Origin: Candidatus Limnocylindria bacterium
Lineage (GTDB): Bacteria > Chloroflexota > Limnocylindria > QHBO01
DNA length: 64,000 nucleotides
Reading direction: 5' to 3'
Assembly (NCBI GenBank): GCA_038233215.1
Contig: JBBSML010000004.1
Coordinates: 11,899-75,898 of the forward strand
Shown here: positions 62,323-64,000 of the stretch, in pieces
How the letters are laid out: each line of letters opens with the position of its first letter
Position numbering within the stretch: the first letter of the stretch is position 1
Made by a program: the position numbers and the translations under genes
Notes under the pieces: model-generated
Told to the model about the DNA's origin: nothing
Database searches by the model: none
Seen by the model: the letters and a program-made list of their open reading frames with translations, nothing else

Positions 62323-63081
62323 CTAGACCACCTGGGCCTCGAGCCGTTCCATCAACGCGTCGGGAATGTCGAAGTTGGCGTAGACGTTCTGGACGTCGTC
62401 GAGGTCCTCCAGGCGCTCCATGAACTGGAGGACCTGCCTGGCCGTCTTCTCATCGCCGATTTCAACTTTTGTCGTCGGCTCCATCGAGAGCTCTGCCGAA
62501 TCGGCGTCAAAGCCGCCCTGGGCCAGCGTTCGGCGCACCGATTCGAGGTCCGCCGGCTCAGTGGTCACCATGATCGCCCCGGAATCAGGTGCGCTGACGT
62601 CGGAGGCGCCGGCATCGATTGCCGCCATCGTCAGCTCGTCGGGATCACTGCCGTTGAGCGGGAGGCTGATAAGACCCTTGTGTTCGAACTGCCATGCGAC
62701 AGAGGACAGCGATCCGCCCGCCTTGCTGAAGACGCTGCGAATCTCGGATGCGGTGCGATTCCGGTTGTCCGTCATCGCGGCGATGACCACCGCGACATTC
62801 GCCGGCCCGAGTCCCTCGTATGTCACTTCTTCATACTGCTCTGCATCGGCTCCGCCGCCGGTCGCGCGTTCGATGGCGCGCTTGATGTTCTCAGCGGGCA
62901 TCGAGGCGGACTTGGCCGTGTCCACCGCCATGCGGAGACGGTAGTTGGCGTCCTGGTCTCCCCCACCCTGCCGAGCGGCGGTCATGATCTCGCGGGCCAG
63001 TTTCGTGAAGACCGCGCCGCGCTTCGCGTCGTTGGCGCCTTTCTGCCGTTTGATCTGGGACCATTTGCTGTGGCCTGACAC
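62323..63081 (-). CDS. yebC: YebC/PmpR family protein
   Basis: SGHSKWSQIKRQK, YEG.GP, TDNRNRT, LEDLDDVQNVYAN. Confidence 0.96.
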   Translation of the reverse strand: MSGHSKWSQIKRQKGANDAKRGAVFTKLAREIMTAARQGGGDQDANYRLRMAVDTAKSASMPAENIKRAIERATGGGADAEQYEEVTYEGLGPANVAVVIAAMTDNRNRTASEIRSVFSKAGGSLSSVAWQFEHKGLISLPLNGSDPDELTMAAIDAGASDVSAPDSGAIMVTTEPADLESVRRTLAQGGFDADSAELSMEPTTKVEIGDEKTARQVLQFMERLEDLDDVQNVYANFDIPDALMERLEAQVV

Positions 63082-63199
63082 CGGTCCTCCTGCCGCGCTT
63101 GCTGCGGGCATTGTTGCTGCTGACGGTCGAGATTCAGATTCTACCAACAGCTCCCCAGGTCAGACGTCAGTCCACCGGCGGCCGATGGACTCGCCACAC

Positions 63200-64000
63200 T
63201 CAACCACGGCGAATGCGTTCCCCGAGTGGCACAAGCACGGCGCGGTCCACGCTCCAGCGGCCGGCGCCGAGAATGACCAGAACGGACGAGAGCCCGAAGA
63301 GGCCGACGTGCGCGATGACCGGGTCGTCGGGCAGCGCGAAGAGCGCCAGCGTCAGCACGGCGAAGCCGACGACGGCGCTGAAGCGCGTCAGCACTCCGAA
63401 GATGATGGCGACGCCAAGGGCCGTCTCGATCAGGATCGCGCCGAGCACCCACAGCTCAGCGGCGACGGGCACCACGGCGGTGAGCTCATAGCGGTCAACG
63501 GCCGCAAGGGCCTGGTCGTAGATGAAGAGCTTGTCCACGATCCCCGAAGCGGCGAAGGCGCCTCCGAGTCCAAGCCGCACGACGAGCGGCACGATGTCGT
63601 CGTACCGGCTGCTCGCAAGGTTCACGTTGGCCGCTCGTGCCCCCGGACCACCCGGGAAGGCCGCGCGCAGCAGATCGTCCAGGCTCGGGCGACCCGGACC
63701 CAGGATGGCGGCTGCGGCAACGGCTCCGGCGACATCGAGCATCATCACCAGCTCCGGATTGACGACGAAGGTGACGACGTAGGCGCCAAGCGCAATGAGG
63801 GCGGCCGGTCGCACCGCCAGGCCGAGAAGCAGAAGGAAGCCCGTCGCGGTCAGCAGCAGCGCGAACAATCCGTCCGCATCCATGGTGGGCAGGAACCGCA
63901 CGCGCGACACTCCGGAACCGATCAGCACCAGACCGACGGACAGCCGCACGATCCAGGGCAGATACTCTCGATACCCCGCGACATGTTCGATGAATCGTGT
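63200..64000 (-). CDS. DoxX-family membrane protein with tandem DoxX-like halves (5' truncated)
   Basis: YLPWIVRLSVG, GFLLLLGL..RPAA, GPGRPSLD, RLGLG, GAGRWSVD; frame open to window end. Confidence 0.8.
   Translation of the reverse strand, partial: TRFIEHVAGYREYLPWIVRLSVGLVLIGSGVSRVRFLPTMDADGLFALLLTATGFLLLLGLAVRPAALIALGAYVVTFVVNPELVMMLDVAGAVAAAAILGPGRPSLDDLLRAAFPGGPGARAANVNLASSRYDDIVPLVVRLGLGGAFAASGIVDKLFIYDQALAAVDRYELTAVVPVAAELWVLGAILIETALGVAIIFGVLTRFSAVVGFAVLTLALFALPDDPVIAHVGLFGLSSVLVILGAGRWSVDRAVLVPLGERIRRG

Overview
High-GC bacterial chromosomal window with RNase J, RNase Y, YmdB, RecX and F420-type LLM genes. That gene set and the protein styles suggest a Chloroflexota-like Terrabacterium (inference only). 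1-16 kb: core translation/RNA cluster infB-rbfA-nrnA-truB-ribF-rpsO-pnp-rnj-ftsK-rodZ-yajQ-cinA-murC. 16-24 kb: pirin and a cytoplasmic phosphorelay (7xGAF hybrid kinase, Hpt, REC-class III cyclase). 24-39 kb, minus strand: ruvB, NCS2 permease, queA, tgt, recA-recX, rny-ymdB, miaA-hflX-trmH. 39-60 kb: a dispersed purine-degradation region (XDH subunits, MocA fusion, uricase, HIUase, OHCU decarboxylase, hydantoinase, DUF3830, malate synthase) that splits the ruvCA-ruvB operon, with a patch of three disrupted genes. Standout observation: PNPase carries an in-frame DEDDh 3'-5' exonuclease domain with all catalytic residues, inserted between its first RNase PH domain and its helical domain. Also seen: several unusual fusions, a non-canonical cyclase, many apparently leaderless genes, candidate operators and structured leaders. 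No rRNA, tRNA, CRISPR array or transposase was recognised. All family names come from motif recognition by eye, not database searches.
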